From Sedimentisphaerales bacterium (GTDB lineage: Bacteria > Planctomycetota > Phycisphaerae > Sedimentisphaerales > SM23-30), in the NCBI GenBank assembly GCA_963662515.1, contig OY759675.1, positions 2,185,981 to 2,249,980 on the forward strand: DNA of 64,000 nucleotides, read 5' to 3'. A program made the position numbers and the translations under genes. The notes under the pieces were generated by a model. That model was not told where the DNA came from, did no database searches, and worked only from the letters and a program-made list of their open reading frames with translations. Below are positions 18,737-28,707 of this stretch, piece after piece (the first letter of the stretch is position 1; each line of letters starts with the position of its first letter).

Positions 18737-21724
18737 TTACTTAACTATAGTAATCGTGTGCTCACCCGGCAATAAAGTAACTGTAGCCCCATCCGCTCTG
18801 CCTTTAATGGAATAAAGCTCGGCTTTAGAGCTTATGGTGACCTGGCCAGGCAATTCAGCAGTGGCCGTAGTATTAGCGGGAATAACCGCCGTCAATACGA
18901 TATTATCCGGGCTTTTAACCCATTTTACTGAAGCCAAACCATAAGGGGTTTGCAGTTCAACTGAAGCATTATCTAATGAGCATTCAAACATTGGCTTAAT
19001 AATTATATGCTTATATCCTGGTATGTTTTTGTCAGGAGCCAGTCCGGCTAGTCTTTCATACATCCACTGCCCTATAGCACCGTAGGCATAATGATTGAAT
19101 GAATTCATACCGGTGGTTTCAAAACCTTTATCAAGGGTAAAACTATTCCAGCGTTCCCACATAGTAGTAGCACCCTGATTAATAGAATAGAACCATGAAG
19201 GATAAGTTTCCTTGAAAAGTGCTCCTAATGCCAGATCGCGATAACCAAGATCATCAAGTACTGAATTAAACAGTGGTGTTCCCAAAAAGCCGGTACGAAG
19301 ATGGCCATCAGCCTGTTCGATCAAACGCAATAAATTAGAAATTACCCCATCTACTTTATCAGGGGTAAGTAAACCATAACCTAAGGCCATAAGATAAGCG
19401 GTTTGAGTATCATATTTTGTATTAACTTTTCCATTCTCATCAAAATATTTATTGCTAAAAGCAAGGGCTATAGACTGGTGCAATTCTTTATAATATTTAA
19501 CATCATGCTCAATTCCAAGTGCCTGGGCAGCATCTGTCATTATCATAGCACAACGCCCAAAATAGGCAGTAGCTATCAGATCGCTATCAGTATCACCATG
19601 TGAACCATTACTGGAATAAGGCTGTAACCAATCGCCATAACCATGATGTTTAACTAAATAGTTATCAGCCAGGTCGTTATAATACGCTACCCATTTTTTC
19701 ATTGTATCGTAATTGTCGCGTAATATTTCAATATTACCAGAACGAACATATACCTCCCAAGGCACAACAACACAGACATCTCCCCAGCCCGGGCTGGTAA
19801 ACCTTGTGCTTTTCCATGAAGGAGTAATAGGAATAAAGTCTGGAATAGAGCCATCTGTTCTCTGGTCATCACGAATACTCTGAGTCCAGCTGGCCCAGAA
19901 AGAAAGCACATCATAATTGAACATTGATGTCGGACAAAAAACCTGGGCATCACCTGTCCAGCCCAATCGCTCATCTCGCTGCGGGCAGTCAGTCGGAATA
20001 TCCAGAAAATTTCCTATCTGCCCCCATTGAATATTTTGCTGCAATTTATTCAATTTAGCATTTGAACTGGAAAAGTAACCCTTTTTATCAAAGGCAGAGT
20101 AAAGTACAACACCTGTAACATTTTTCAGATCGGGCTTAAATCCCTCTGGCAAACCACTCAGCTCAACATAACGGAAGCCGTGAAAAGTATGCGTTGGCAT
20201 AAAAGAAATCTGGCCATCTGCCGCCGCTGTATAATAATCAGTTGAGCGGGCATTTCTATAGTTTCCAGTATAAAATGTTCCATCCTGATTAAGCATCTCG
20301 GCGTATCGTACCATCACCGTAGAATCCTTAACCACCGGAATATTCAAACGAGGCACACCAACCATATTTTGCCCAAGATCATATATGTAACGGCCTGGTT
20401 CATTTTGAATGATTTTCTGAGTTGGCAACTCTTTCATTATTCTAACTGGATTATGCCTTTTAGGTACAAGAGCAACATCCGCATCAATAGACTTAGTATG
20501 AACTATGCGCCAGGAACTATCATCGAAACCAATATTATTCCAACCGGGCATATCTTTGCGAGCATCAAAATTAATACCATGATAATTACTGGCATAGCAC
20601 AATGGTCCATCATTAGTGACTTTCCACTTTTTGTCAGTATTAATTATCGTAGTATCGCCATCTGCGCTGGTAACTTCCAATTGAACCAGTAATTCGGGAT
20701 AAGCTACAACGCCGCGAGTCATAACATCGCCGCCAAACCAGCCGTTTCCTAATATCGCAGCAATAGCATTATCTCCATTGTTTAGCAAATTGGTAACATC
20801 ATAAGTCAGTGTCTCGATCCTTTTATCATAAACAGTATAACCAGGAGCCATAAAATCATTACCAACCCTCTGACCGTTTATATACATCTCAAATATTCCC
20901 CTGGCTGTCACATAAAGTCTGGCCTTAATGGGCGATTTTGCCAGCGAAAAATCGCGACGCATATACTGGGGAACACACCTGTCATCCAGTACCTCTTTCC
21001 CGGTAAAAAGATCCATATTCTGACCTTCCTGACCTGTCAGCTTAAAGAATTTACCTCTCAGGTAATATTCGATACAAAATTGCTTCTTAGAGCCGTAAGC
21101 TGGATCGTTCCCTGCATAATCATTATTCACAGAGAACTGGTAGTGCCCTTCTGATACTGCCGCTGATACCTTTGAAGTAATATCGACTATCTTATCTGAT
21201 GTATCCAAAAGACCATAAAGTGCCTTTTTAACCTTTATTTCCGATGCAGCCTGAGCCTTCAAATTCGCCTGATCCTGCTGCATGGTTATCCACTGTCCCT
21301 GCCACTGGCTATTGTCAAGCAAGCCAAGTTCAAAATATGCGGGCTCACTCCAACTGGTAATTATCCCGGCATTATCCAGTAAACGAACCTGCCAGTAACA
21401 TCTCTGACGACTTGATAATGGTTTTCCCTGGTACAGAATAAATATTGAGCTATCTGACATTACCATACCAGAATCCCATAAATCAGCTTCATCTGTCAAT
21501 AAGTCTTCCCGGCTGGCAACAACTATCTGATACCCCTGCTGGGAGACAGCCTCTATCGGCAATTTCCAGGAAAAACCAGGTGTGCTGTCATAGAAACCGA
21601 CAGGATTAACAAAATTCTCGCTCACACTAAGGCCATAAGGACATATATCTGCAAAAGCGGAAATATACGATAAGAAAACCAGAAAGGCGCAGAGAATCGC
21701 CCGGAAATGGTGAAATAAATCCAT
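18737..21724 (-). CDS. Secreted alpha-L-rhamnosidase, glycoside hydrolase family 78
   Basis: It has a signal peptide. 'PTDCPQRDERLGWTGDAQVF' is the GH78 catalytic-domain signature. The 995-aa multi-domain length is typical. Confidence 0.9.
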   Translation of the reverse strand: MDLFHHFRAILCAFLVFLSYISAFADICPYGLSVSENFVNPVGFYDSTPGFSWKLPIEAVSQQGYQIVVASREDLLTDEADLWDSGMVMSDSSIFILYQGKPLSSRQRCYWQVRLLDNAGIITSWSEPAYFELGLLDNSQWQGQWITMQQDQANLKAQAASEIKVKKALYGLLDTSDKIVDITSKVSAAVSEGHYQFSVNNDYAGNDPAYGSKKQFCIEYYLRGKFFKLTGQEGQNMDLFTGKEVLDDRCVPQYMRRDFSLAKSPIKARLYVTARGIFEMYINGQRVGNDFMAPGYTVYDKRIETLTYDVTNLLNNGDNAIAAILGNGWFGGDVMTRGVVAYPELLVQLEVTSADGDTTIINTDKKWKVTNDGPLCYASNYHGINFDARKDMPGWNNIGFDDSSWRIVHTKSIDADVALVPKRHNPVRIMKELPTQKIIQNEPGRYIYDLGQNMVGVPRLNIPVVKDSTVMVRYAEMLNQDGTFYTGNYRNARSTDYYTAAADGQISFMPTHTFHGFRYVELSGLPEGFKPDLKNVTGVVLYSAFDKKGYFSSSNAKLNKLQQNIQWGQIGNFLDIPTDCPQRDERLGWTGDAQVFCPTSMFNYDVLSFWASWTQSIRDDQRTDGSIPDFIPITPSWKSTRFTSPGWGDVCVVVPWEVYVRSGNIEILRDNYDTMKKWVAYYNDLADNYLVKHHGYGDWLQPYSSNGSHGDTDSDLIATAYFGRCAMIMTDAAQALGIEHDVKYYKELHQSIALAFSNKYFDENGKVNTKYDTQTAYLMALGYGLLTPDKVDGVISNLLRLIEQADGHLRTGFLGTPLFNSVLDDLGYRDLALGALFKETYPSWFYSINQGATTMWERWNSFTLDKGFETTGMNSFNHYAYGAIGQWMYERLAGLAPDKNIPGYKHIIIKPMFECSLDNASVELQTPYGLASVKWVKSPDNIVLTAVIPANTTATAELPGQVTISSKAELYSIKGRADGATVTLLPGEHTITIVK

Positions 21725-22116
21725 TACTGTAACTCCTAAATTATTTTATCCTATTAGCGTAAAACTGGCTTTTCAGGGAGCCAGAACAGGTTAATCTTAA
21801 CTATGCATTAGTTCACTGTCAAGATAAATGGAAAATCATAATAATTATAAAAGGAAGTTCGCTCAGGTACGTTACCGGGCTTCAAAAGCAATCATAAATC
21901 GTTTATTATAATAGTCAAAAAAGTCTCAGGTGAACAGAAATCAAGTATGATAAACAACTTGTATCTTTGTATAAGTGAGCTATAATGTAGGTCTGACCTG
22001 AGATACTCTTAATACTGGACAAAAGATAAGTTATTTACAGTTCAGATGTTACAATAATGAGACAGCTAAATGGTCATGCTGGTGTTAGGCCAGCGTTATT
22101 TAGGATAAAATTAGTA

Positions 22117-23052
22117 ATGAAAATAATATTTATGGGTGGAGGTGAGTTTGGTTGCGATACTCTGCGTTGGCTAGCCAGTTCACATCATCAGGTATTGAAA
22201 GTTTTTACTCAACCAGCCAGGCCGGCAGGAAGAGGCCGCAGTACAACACCAACACCTATTGCTGCCCTTAGTGGGAAATTAGGTCTGGAATGCACAGAAA
22301 CTGCCAATATTAATTCTGCTGAAAATCTGGAGTGCATCAGGCAGCTAAACCCTGATGCTATTGTAGTTATTGCATTTGGTCAGTGGTTAGGAAGTGCATT
22401 ACAGAAGTTGCCGACAAAAATAATTAACTTGCACAGTTCCCTTCTACCAAAGTATCGTGGGGCAGCTCCGATCAATTGGGCAATCATTCAGGGAGAAACA
22501 GTTACCGGTGTAACAGTCATAGAGATAAATGACATCTGGGATGGCGGCGGTATTTTAGCCAGTGAATCAATAGAGATCGGAGAGACAGAAACAGCGGGTG
22601 AATTACATGACAGACTGGCAGCCCTGGGACCGGCGTTAATTGCCGAAGTACTTGGTGAATTTGAAGCAGGAATATACAACCCGCAAAAACAGAACGATTG
22701 TCTGGCCTGTAAAGCACCTAAAATGCAAAAGAGCGATGGTAAAATTGATTTTACCCGCCCGGCCGCCGAGATAAAATGTAAAATACTTGGTATGTGGCCA
22801 TGGCCGGGAGCGTTTTGCTTTTTACAACAGGAAGGTTCTGACCCACTGAGACTGAGTCTGTGCCGCTGCCAACTGGTCAATAATACACCATCAAATCTGC
22901 CCTGCGGCACTCTCAACAGCCAGCTTGACATAATCTGCGGTGATGGCATGGCATTGCGATTACTGGAAGTAAAACCAGACAATAGCAAACTGATGACATT
23001 CAAAGACTTTGCAAACGGCAAGAGATTAAAAAGTGGGGATATTTTCTGCTAG
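22117..23052 (+). CDS. fmt: Methionyl-tRNA formyltransferase
   Basis: It begins 'MKIIFMGGGEFG' and has 'HSSLLPKYRGAAPINWAI'. The ATG at 22117 gives a canonical N-terminus. The track ORF start at 22057 adds 20 non-conserved residues. Confidence 0.85.
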   Translation: MKIIFMGGGEFGCDTLRWLASSHHQVLKVFTQPARPAGRGRSTTPTPIAALSGKLGLECTETANINSAENLECIRQLNPDAIVVIAFGQWLGSALQKLPTKIINLHSSLLPKYRGAAPINWAIIQGETVTGVTVIEINDIWDGGGILASESIEIGETETAGELHDRLAALGPALIAEVLGEFEAGIYNPQKQNDCLACKAPKMQKSDGKIDFTRPAAEIKCKILGMWPWPGAFCFLQQEGSDPLRLSLCRCQLVNNTPSNLPCGTLNSQLDIICGDGMALRLLEVKPDNSKLMTFKDFANGKRLKSGDIFC

Positions 23053-23166
23053 AAATTATTCTCTATACATATTTTCAATTTGTACCATATAAATACATTT
23101 TTTTGTAAAAACAGGATCATATCCAAATCATAAATTTCATAATTAACTAAAATATCAGGAACAAAA

Positions 23167-23622
23167 ATGTTAAGGAAAGCCAGACTAAGTGATGTCCCGG
23201 AAATTCACTCTCTGATCAATTATTTTGCAGAAAGAGAGAGAATGCTTTTTCGTTCGCAAACCAACTTATGTGAACACATTCGCGATTTTGTTGTCTGGGA
23301 AGAAGAAGGCCATGTGGTTGGTTGCTGCGCATTAGCTATTACCTGGAAAGAACTGGCAGAGATAAAATCTTTAGCTGTCGATAAGAATATGCATGGTAAA
23401 GGAATAGGTCGCAAAATGGTAAGTTATCTGGTTCAGGAAGCAGTTGAACTTGGATTGAAAACTGTTTTTTGTCTTACTTTAGAACCAGAATTTTTCACGA
23501 AGCTAAAATTTGAAGTAATAGAGAAAAAACTTTTACCAATGAAAGTGTGGTCCGAATGTGTCTCCTGCAATAAGCAGGATCATTGCGATGAAATAGCTAT
23601 GTGGCTTAAGCTCAATCCATAA
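23167..23622 (+). CDS. GNAT-family N-acetyltransferase resembling the acetyltransferase domain of N-acetylglutamate synthase (ArgA-like, short form)
   Basis: 'RKARLSDVPEIHSLIN...LFRSQTNLCEHIRDFVVWEEEGHVVGCCAL...AEIKSLAVDKNMHGKGIGRKM' parallels the ArgA NAT-domain pattern. The acetyl-CoA motif Q/RxxGxG is present as 'HGKGIG'. Confidence 0.65.
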   Translation: MLRKARLSDVPEIHSLINYFAERERMLFRSQTNLCEHIRDFVVWEEEGHVVGCCALAITWKELAEIKSLAVDKNMHGKGIGRKMVSYLVQEAVELGLKTVFCLTLEPEFFTKLKFEVIEKKLLPMKVWSECVSCNKQDHCDEIAMWLKLNP

Positions 23623-23646
23623 TAAAACCATTAACAGCTTAAAAAC

Positions 23647-23694
23647 AAAGATCAACTCTAACATACCTGCTAGTAAGTTTGAGTTGATCTTTTA
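23647..23694 (+). terminator. Rho-independent terminator after the GNAT gene
   Basis: AAAGATCAACTC (23647-23658) pairs with GAGTTGATCTTT (23681-23692), with trailing T residues. Confidence 0.7.
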
Positions 23695-24482
23695 TAAAAG
23701 TAAACTAATTATAACGATAAGAATTTGCTATTGATTATTACAACAAGCAAACTACACTCGGACTATTGCGACTAACATTTAACCGCATAATATTGGCGGT
23801 AAATTGTAATTCATTATACTTAAATAATAACAAGTCTGGTTAATAAGTAATTAATATACACCAATCCTTTATTGGCTGCTACGGTGTTAATATCATAGGT
23901 TGAATTCTGACATTGCAGTTGAGAATCTAAGTCCTGCTTAAATGCCAAAGTGTTCCTTTTTGTATAACGGTCCGTTCTATTACCTTTGATTATATTGTAT
24001 TAATTTACAATTGGAGGCGACCGTTCCGGGTTCAAAACTGAAAAGACTTTTCTCCAAAGCAAATTTTCTTTACAATAATCATTAAAAGCATAAAGTTCAA
24101 GCCATACTCTGAATCTCACCAGCAAATAGCATATTGCCGGACTAATTAATGTTTTAGTAACCATTTTTCACCTTACTTTCTATTGTGTCTGCTATGCATA
24201 TCAGATTGCCGTCGATGTTTGTCGTCAGAATCTCATTTTTTAATAATCTTTTTGTCTGTCTCTCCTATGCCCCCTCAACCAGTAAACTATCACTCAGGCC
24301 CTTTTCAATACTGGGAAAACGCCGTCCTATAAATATTTCAGACTTAACAGTACTGATAATGAATAATTACTTAAATATTATAAAAAATGATTTATAAGTA
24401 ATAATTTAAAAAAATGTCGCAGATAAAAACTAACTTGCTAAAATAATCTCTGATTTCTTAATAATAAAAACATAAGGCAACT

Positions 24483-25190
24483 ATGATCAATATAAATTAC
24501 GAGTTATTAATACCCGCCCTACTGATAGCCTCAGCATCGGCATATTATATTTTGCTGGTATTTCGCTCAAATAAGCGGCTCCTGATGTTTGGGCATATTG
24601 CTGATCGATGGGGTATGAGATTTCAGAAAGATATCTTTTCCGGATTGCCCGAGTCTATATCAGGTTCTTATTTATGTACAAAAGGCCATAGTCGTTCTGC
24701 TTCCGGCGTACTTTGCGGTCGTCAGCTTAATGTACCTTTGTGTATTTGTGATTACTGTTATGAATTAGGCACAGGTATTTCACGCAAAGTAATAAGAAAA
24801 AACATTTTTGTAGCTGAATTATCAGAAATTAAACCACCATTGTTAATATTATATAATAGCTCTCTTGTCCCTTTTGGCCATTTCTGTGACTTTCGTCAGC
24901 TCGAAATAACTAGACTATTAGAACAGACCAGGCCTGAGTCAGCAGTGCGATCATATCTGAGGAAATGCCATTTTTATAGCAGCCGACCCGTTGACGCTGA
25001 AAAATCACTCAGTATGGAAGTTCTAAACGCCCTAGGTAAGATAAAATCTGCTGATATTGAAATAATAGGAGACAAAATAATAGTTGTATCCGAACCTGTC
25101 AGTTCTAAATATCGCCTGATACAACTGGCCGCCCGCTTAGTTGCGGCAGCTAAGGCCGCAGATCGCAACCTGACCGCTACTAAAATTTAA
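24483..25190 (+). CDS. Hypothetical membrane-anchored protein
   Basis: It has an N-terminal TM helix (LLIPALLIASASAYYILLVF) and no recognisable domain. Coding is inferred from ORF length and from being the first gene of a same-strand cluster. Confidence 0.5.
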   Translation: MININYELLIPALLIASASAYYILLVFRSNKRLLMFGHIADRWGMRFQKDIFSGLPESISGSYLCTKGHSRSASGVLCGRQLNVPLCICDYCYELGTGISRKVIRKNIFVAELSEIKPPLLILYNSSLVPFGHFCDFRQLEITRLLEQTRPESAVRSYLRKCHFYSSRPVDAEKSLSMEVLNALGKIKSADIEIIGDKIIVVSEPVSSKYRLIQLAARLVAAAKAADRNLTATKI

Positions 25191-25336
25191 GTAGTTTGAT
25201 TTCCTTTTGCATATATTTTAATTGCTGTGAATCAGGTAACATTACATTTTGCTTTAAGTAGCAAATATGATTATAATGCTTTCTCATTGAGAGAAACGAA
25301 ATAAGGAACAAAAACATAAATAATGATAACCAAGCT

Positions 25337-25783
25337 ATGTTAACATGGGTAAAATGCGGTCCTGGAAAGAGGGCTATTTGTGGCATAGTAGCCTTTTTTT
25401 TATGCATAATATTGACGCTCGCATATTATGTCAAACCTGAAGCCCAGGGTTTTGGCAGTCACAAGCAATTATCCTTGCCAGAATGTGGCTGGATTACCCA
25501 AAAAAATATGCCTTGTCCTACCTGTGGAATGACCACCGCCTATAGCCTTACAGTACGAGGCCGGCTTATCCGAGCCCTGATCACTCAGCCAGCTGGGTGT
25601 TTGTTAGCCCTTACCCACTTGGCACTTACATTTTTACTGTCAATAGTAGCCATATATGGCAAATATCCTCAAAGCTTTGTCATATGGGCCAATTATCATG
25701 CTTTGCGTTTACTGTTTGTTGCGGTTATAATCGTTGTAGCCGGATGGGGCTGGACTATTTTGAGATTCAAGGACATAATTTGA
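25337..25783 (+). CDS. DUF2752-like small membrane protein
   Basis: A 'CPTCGMTTAYSL' motif (DUF2752 CPxCGxTRA-like) is followed by TM helices. Confidence 0.55.
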   Translation: MLTWVKCGPGKRAICGIVAFFLCIILTLAYYVKPEAQGFGSHKQLSLPECGWITQKNMPCPTCGMTTAYSLTVRGRLIRALITQPAGCLLALTHLALTFLLSIVAIYGKYPQSFVIWANYHALRLLFVAVIIVVAGWGWTILRFKDII

Positions 25784-25793
25784 GGAAAATAAA

Positions 25794-26462
25794 ATGAATA
25801 TAAATACTAAAAATACCCCGGTTTCAATTTCAGTTAAACTTGTAGTCTGGCTTATGCTGCTGGCTTTACTGGCGACAGGTGGTTGTAATGGTATGGGTTA
25901 CATTAGTTATGTCCTTTTTGGCAGTGGACAAAAAGAGATAAAAGCAAAATACCCGGGATTACAAGATAAAAAAGTCATGATCCTGCTTAATACCCCATCA
26001 GGCATGGAATATAGCTATCCGCAATCTCGAGAAAGTATTATTCTCGCCTGCATGACCATTCTCAAGGAAAAGGTACAGGGAATAAGCTTCAGCGACCATG
26101 AAATGATTGAGAATTATATTGCCCGTGAACTCGACTGGATAAGCGTACCCACCGATGTATTGGCACGCAAATTTGGGGCTGAAAGAGTAATTTATGTCGA
26201 TATGTTTGAATTTACTCTACAGGATTCCGATAGTGTTGGTATATATCAGGGCCAGGTAAATGCCGAAATCAAAGTATATGAAACAGATAGCGAAAATCGC
26301 ACAAAACCCATCTTTAATAGTTACATTGACCTTAAATATCCAGAAAACCACCCGGTAGCAGCGACCCCAGATGCCCGCTATCGCATACTGTCTGGTACAA
26401 TAAAGCTGGCTGCGTTTGAGATCTGCAAAAACTTCTTCGATTATAAACAGGAAATAGAATAA
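25794..26462 (+). CDS. Lipoprotein of unknown function (paralogue 1)
   Basis: It has a signal peptide with a lipobox-like 'LLATGGC'. It can be aligned with the next gene ('GAERVIYVDMFEFTLQ' against 'NAEIVILVDISHFSVQ'). Confidence 0.6.
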   Translation: MNINTKNTPVSISVKLVVWLMLLALLATGGCNGMGYISYVLFGSGQKEIKAKYPGLQDKKVMILLNTPSGMEYSYPQSRESIILACMTILKEKVQGISFSDHEMIENYIARELDWISVPTDVLARKFGAERVIYVDMFEFTLQDSDSVGIYQGQVNAEIKVYETDSENRTKPIFNSYIDLKYPENHPVAATPDARYRILSGTIKLAAFEICKNFFDYKQEIE

Positions 26463-26510
26463 ACAGACAGACAGATCAAATATTTCAAAACTGGCTTAAG
26501 AGTAATAATT

Positions 26511-27164
26511 ATGATATTAACTATTAAAAAAGCAATCCTATCCCTGAATTTAGGACTGTTTTTACTATCAATAAGTGGTTGTGGACCAATTATTGGCATA
26601 TTCATAGAAACAATGCCCAAACCAGACATTCCGGCAGAATATGACACTGCCGGTAAGAATGTGGCCGTTTATGTCTGTTCACAAAACAACAGCGAACTTA
26701 GTCCCATATTCAAAAGAGAGCTGACCACACAGTTAAATGCCGAGCTTTTAGCCAACAACGCCGCAGCCACTACTGTTGATTACTCCGACATTAGCGATAT
26801 GATACTAACCGGAAGTGATATCATTACTCCTGAAAATATTGGTCAGGCCACAAATGCTGAAATTGTCATTCTTGTCGATATTAGTCACTTTTCAGTGCAA
26901 TTTCAGGCAAGTGACAAAATGGAGCCGGGCCAGGTTTTATGCCTTATATCAGTTATCGATGCTAAAACCGGCCAAAGACTATGGCCCTCTGACCAACTTA
27001 ATAAAGCCTATCTTATAAATGGCAAGATTGGTCACGACCCTCAGATAAAACTAACAACTGGCCGGATAATGCACGACCTTGCTGAACAGTCAGCAATAGA
27101 ATTAGGCCGACTTTTCTACTTGCACAAAGAACCCAACAAATCTCCATCAGAAATTAAGAACTAG
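26511..27164 (+). CDS. Lipoprotein of unknown function (paralogue 2)
   Basis: It has a signal peptide with lipobox 'LLSISGC' and shares blocks with the preceding lipoprotein. Confidence 0.6.
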   Translation: MILTIKKAILSLNLGLFLLSISGCGPIIGIFIETMPKPDIPAEYDTAGKNVAVYVCSQNNSELSPIFKRELTTQLNAELLANNAAATTVDYSDISDMILTGSDIITPENIGQATNAEIVILVDISHFSVQFQASDKMEPGQVLCLISVIDAKTGQRLWPSDQLNKAYLINGKIGHDPQIKLTTGRIMHDLAEQSAIELGRLFYLHKEPNKSPSEIKN

Positions 27165-27430
27165 CCACTCTGTCAGTATCGCTACGCGGTGAATTTAGAA
27201 TTTATATATATTTATATCTTTTGATGTAATAAGACTACAAATGTAAATAATGTAAAACGATTAGTATATTCAGTTTGCTTTACTTTCATAGTCAAATATG
27301 CTATAATGTTAGGCTGCAAAGACTTACAAATAATGAACAAACTGTGTCATTTAGGATCATAGTTCATTATTAAATATAAACTACTGAGGATATTGACCTT
27401 AGGATAACAGGGGATAATATAGCAAATAAA

Positions 27431-28666
27431 ATGGAATTATCAAATATACCTGAGATATTGGATGAGTTGCGTGCCGGGCGTATGATCGTTCTGGTAGATG
27501 ATGAAGACCGGGAAAATGAGGGCGATTTAGTCTGTGCCTCGGAGAAGTGCACACCCGAGATAGTCAATTTCATGGCAACTCATGGCCGGGGCCTGATCTG
27601 TGTTTCACTGGAAGCCACACGCTGTCAGGAATTGAACCTTCACCCTCAATGCTCAAATAACACCGCAGCACTGGGCACAGCGTTTACCGTTTCTGTTGAT
27701 GCCGCCCACGGCATTACAACAGGCATATCAGCAGCAGATCGCAATCTGACTATCCACGAGCTGTTACGCTCAGATGCCAAGCCCACAGACCTTGCTCGTC
27801 CCGGGCATATTTTCCCCTTAACAGCCCGTCCGGGCGGCGTATTAGTGCGGGTAGGTCAGACCGAAGGCTCTCTGGACTTAGCCAGATTAGCCGGCCTTTA
27901 CCCATCGGGTGTGATATGTGAGATAATGAATGATGATGGCACAATGGCTCGCGTGCCGGAACTTAAGGAATACTGCCGCAAGCATGGTCTGAAAATGACA
28001 AGTGTAGCCAAACTTGTCGAGTATCGTATGCAGACAGAAAAATCACTTGTCCGTCGCATCGAAGAAGTAGAAATGCCCACAGACTGCGGTATCTTTCGCC
28101 TGATCGGGTATGAAACACTGGTTGATAATCATATCCACCTGGCTTTGTGTAAAGGCGATGTAGGCCTGCTGGGCCCGGATGGTAAGGTTATTGAGCAAAA
28201 AGAAGTTGTACCAGTGCGTGTTCACAGCGAATGTCTGACCGGCGATGTATTTCATTCTATGCGTTGCGATTGTGGCAGCCAGTTGCATGAGGCAATGCGT
28301 ATGATAGACCAACATGGCAAGGGAGCTGTTATCTACCTGCGTCAGGAAGGTCGCGGCATAGGTCTGGCCGCCAAACTTAAAGCATATAAATTGCAGCAAA
28401 ATGGCATGGATACGGTCCAGGCCAATATAGCACTCGGTTATGATGCAGATAAAAGAGATTTTGGCCTGGGTGCTCATATCTGTCGTGATCTTGGCATTTC
28501 TCGCATAGCCAATATTACCAACAATCCTCTCAAAACTGACCGCTTGAGAGTATTCGGCATAAGCGTGGAAGAGCAGATCCCGCTGGAATTTCCGCCTAAT
28601 GAGCACAATTATAAATATATGAAGACCAAAAAAGATCTCATGGGCCATTGTTTAAGGCATCTATAG
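27431..28666 (+). CDS. ribBA: Bifunctional 3,4-dihydroxy-2-butanone-4-phosphate synthase / GTP cyclohydrolase II
   Basis: '[12 protein letters not shown]' and '[16 protein letters not shown]' mark the RibB part. '[23 protein letters not shown]' and '[10 protein letters not shown]' mark the RibA part. Confidence 0.92.
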   Translation: MELSNIPEILDELRAGRMIVLVDDEDRENEGDLVCASEKCTPEIVNFMATHGRGLICVSLEATRCQELNLHPQCSNNTAALGTAFTVSVDAAHGITTGISAADRNLTIHELLRSDAKPTDLARPGHIFPLTARPGGVLVRVGQTEGSLDLARLAGLYPSGVICEIMNDDGTMARVPELKEYCRKHGLKMTSVAKLVEYRMQTEKSLVRRIEEVEMPTDCGIFRLIGYETLVDNHIHLALCKGDVGLLGPDGKVIEQKEVVPVRVHSECLTGDVFHSMRCDCGSQLHEAMRMIDQHGKGAVIYLRQEGRGIGLAAKLKAYKLQQNGMDTVQANIALGYDADKRDFGLGAHICRDLGISRIANITNNPLKTDRLRVFGISVEEQIPLEFPPNEHNYKYMKTKKDLMGHCLRHL

Positions 28667-28707
28667 TACATCATATAAACACTTAACATACCTGGAGTGT
28701 ACATATA

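Noticed and set aside
22057-22116. An upstream start for fmt that adds a 20-aa N-terminal extension.
   Set aside because: Fmt proteins begin directly with the 'MKI.F.G' Rossmann strand. The ATG at 22117 gives that N-terminus, and the extension has no conserved character.
27165-27430. An FMN riboswitch was expected upstream of ribBA.
   Set aside because: I read the 266-bp leader on the + strand. It is AT-rich and lacks the conserved FMN-element cores (the GGGCAGGGTGAAATTCC / CCGGCGGT-type segments). There is no support for one, though an Rfam scan could overturn this.
28043-28648. Long antisense ORFs inside well-supported genes. Examples are 28043-28648 in ribBA, 22488-23021 in fmt, 42952-43653 in the PA14 gene, 38488-39069 in the transposase and 47423-47884 in the GH127-like gene.
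   Set aside because: Each lies wholly within a gene that has strong family motifs on the other strand. Their sequences are compositionally odd and carry no motifs, so they are treated as shadow ORFs.
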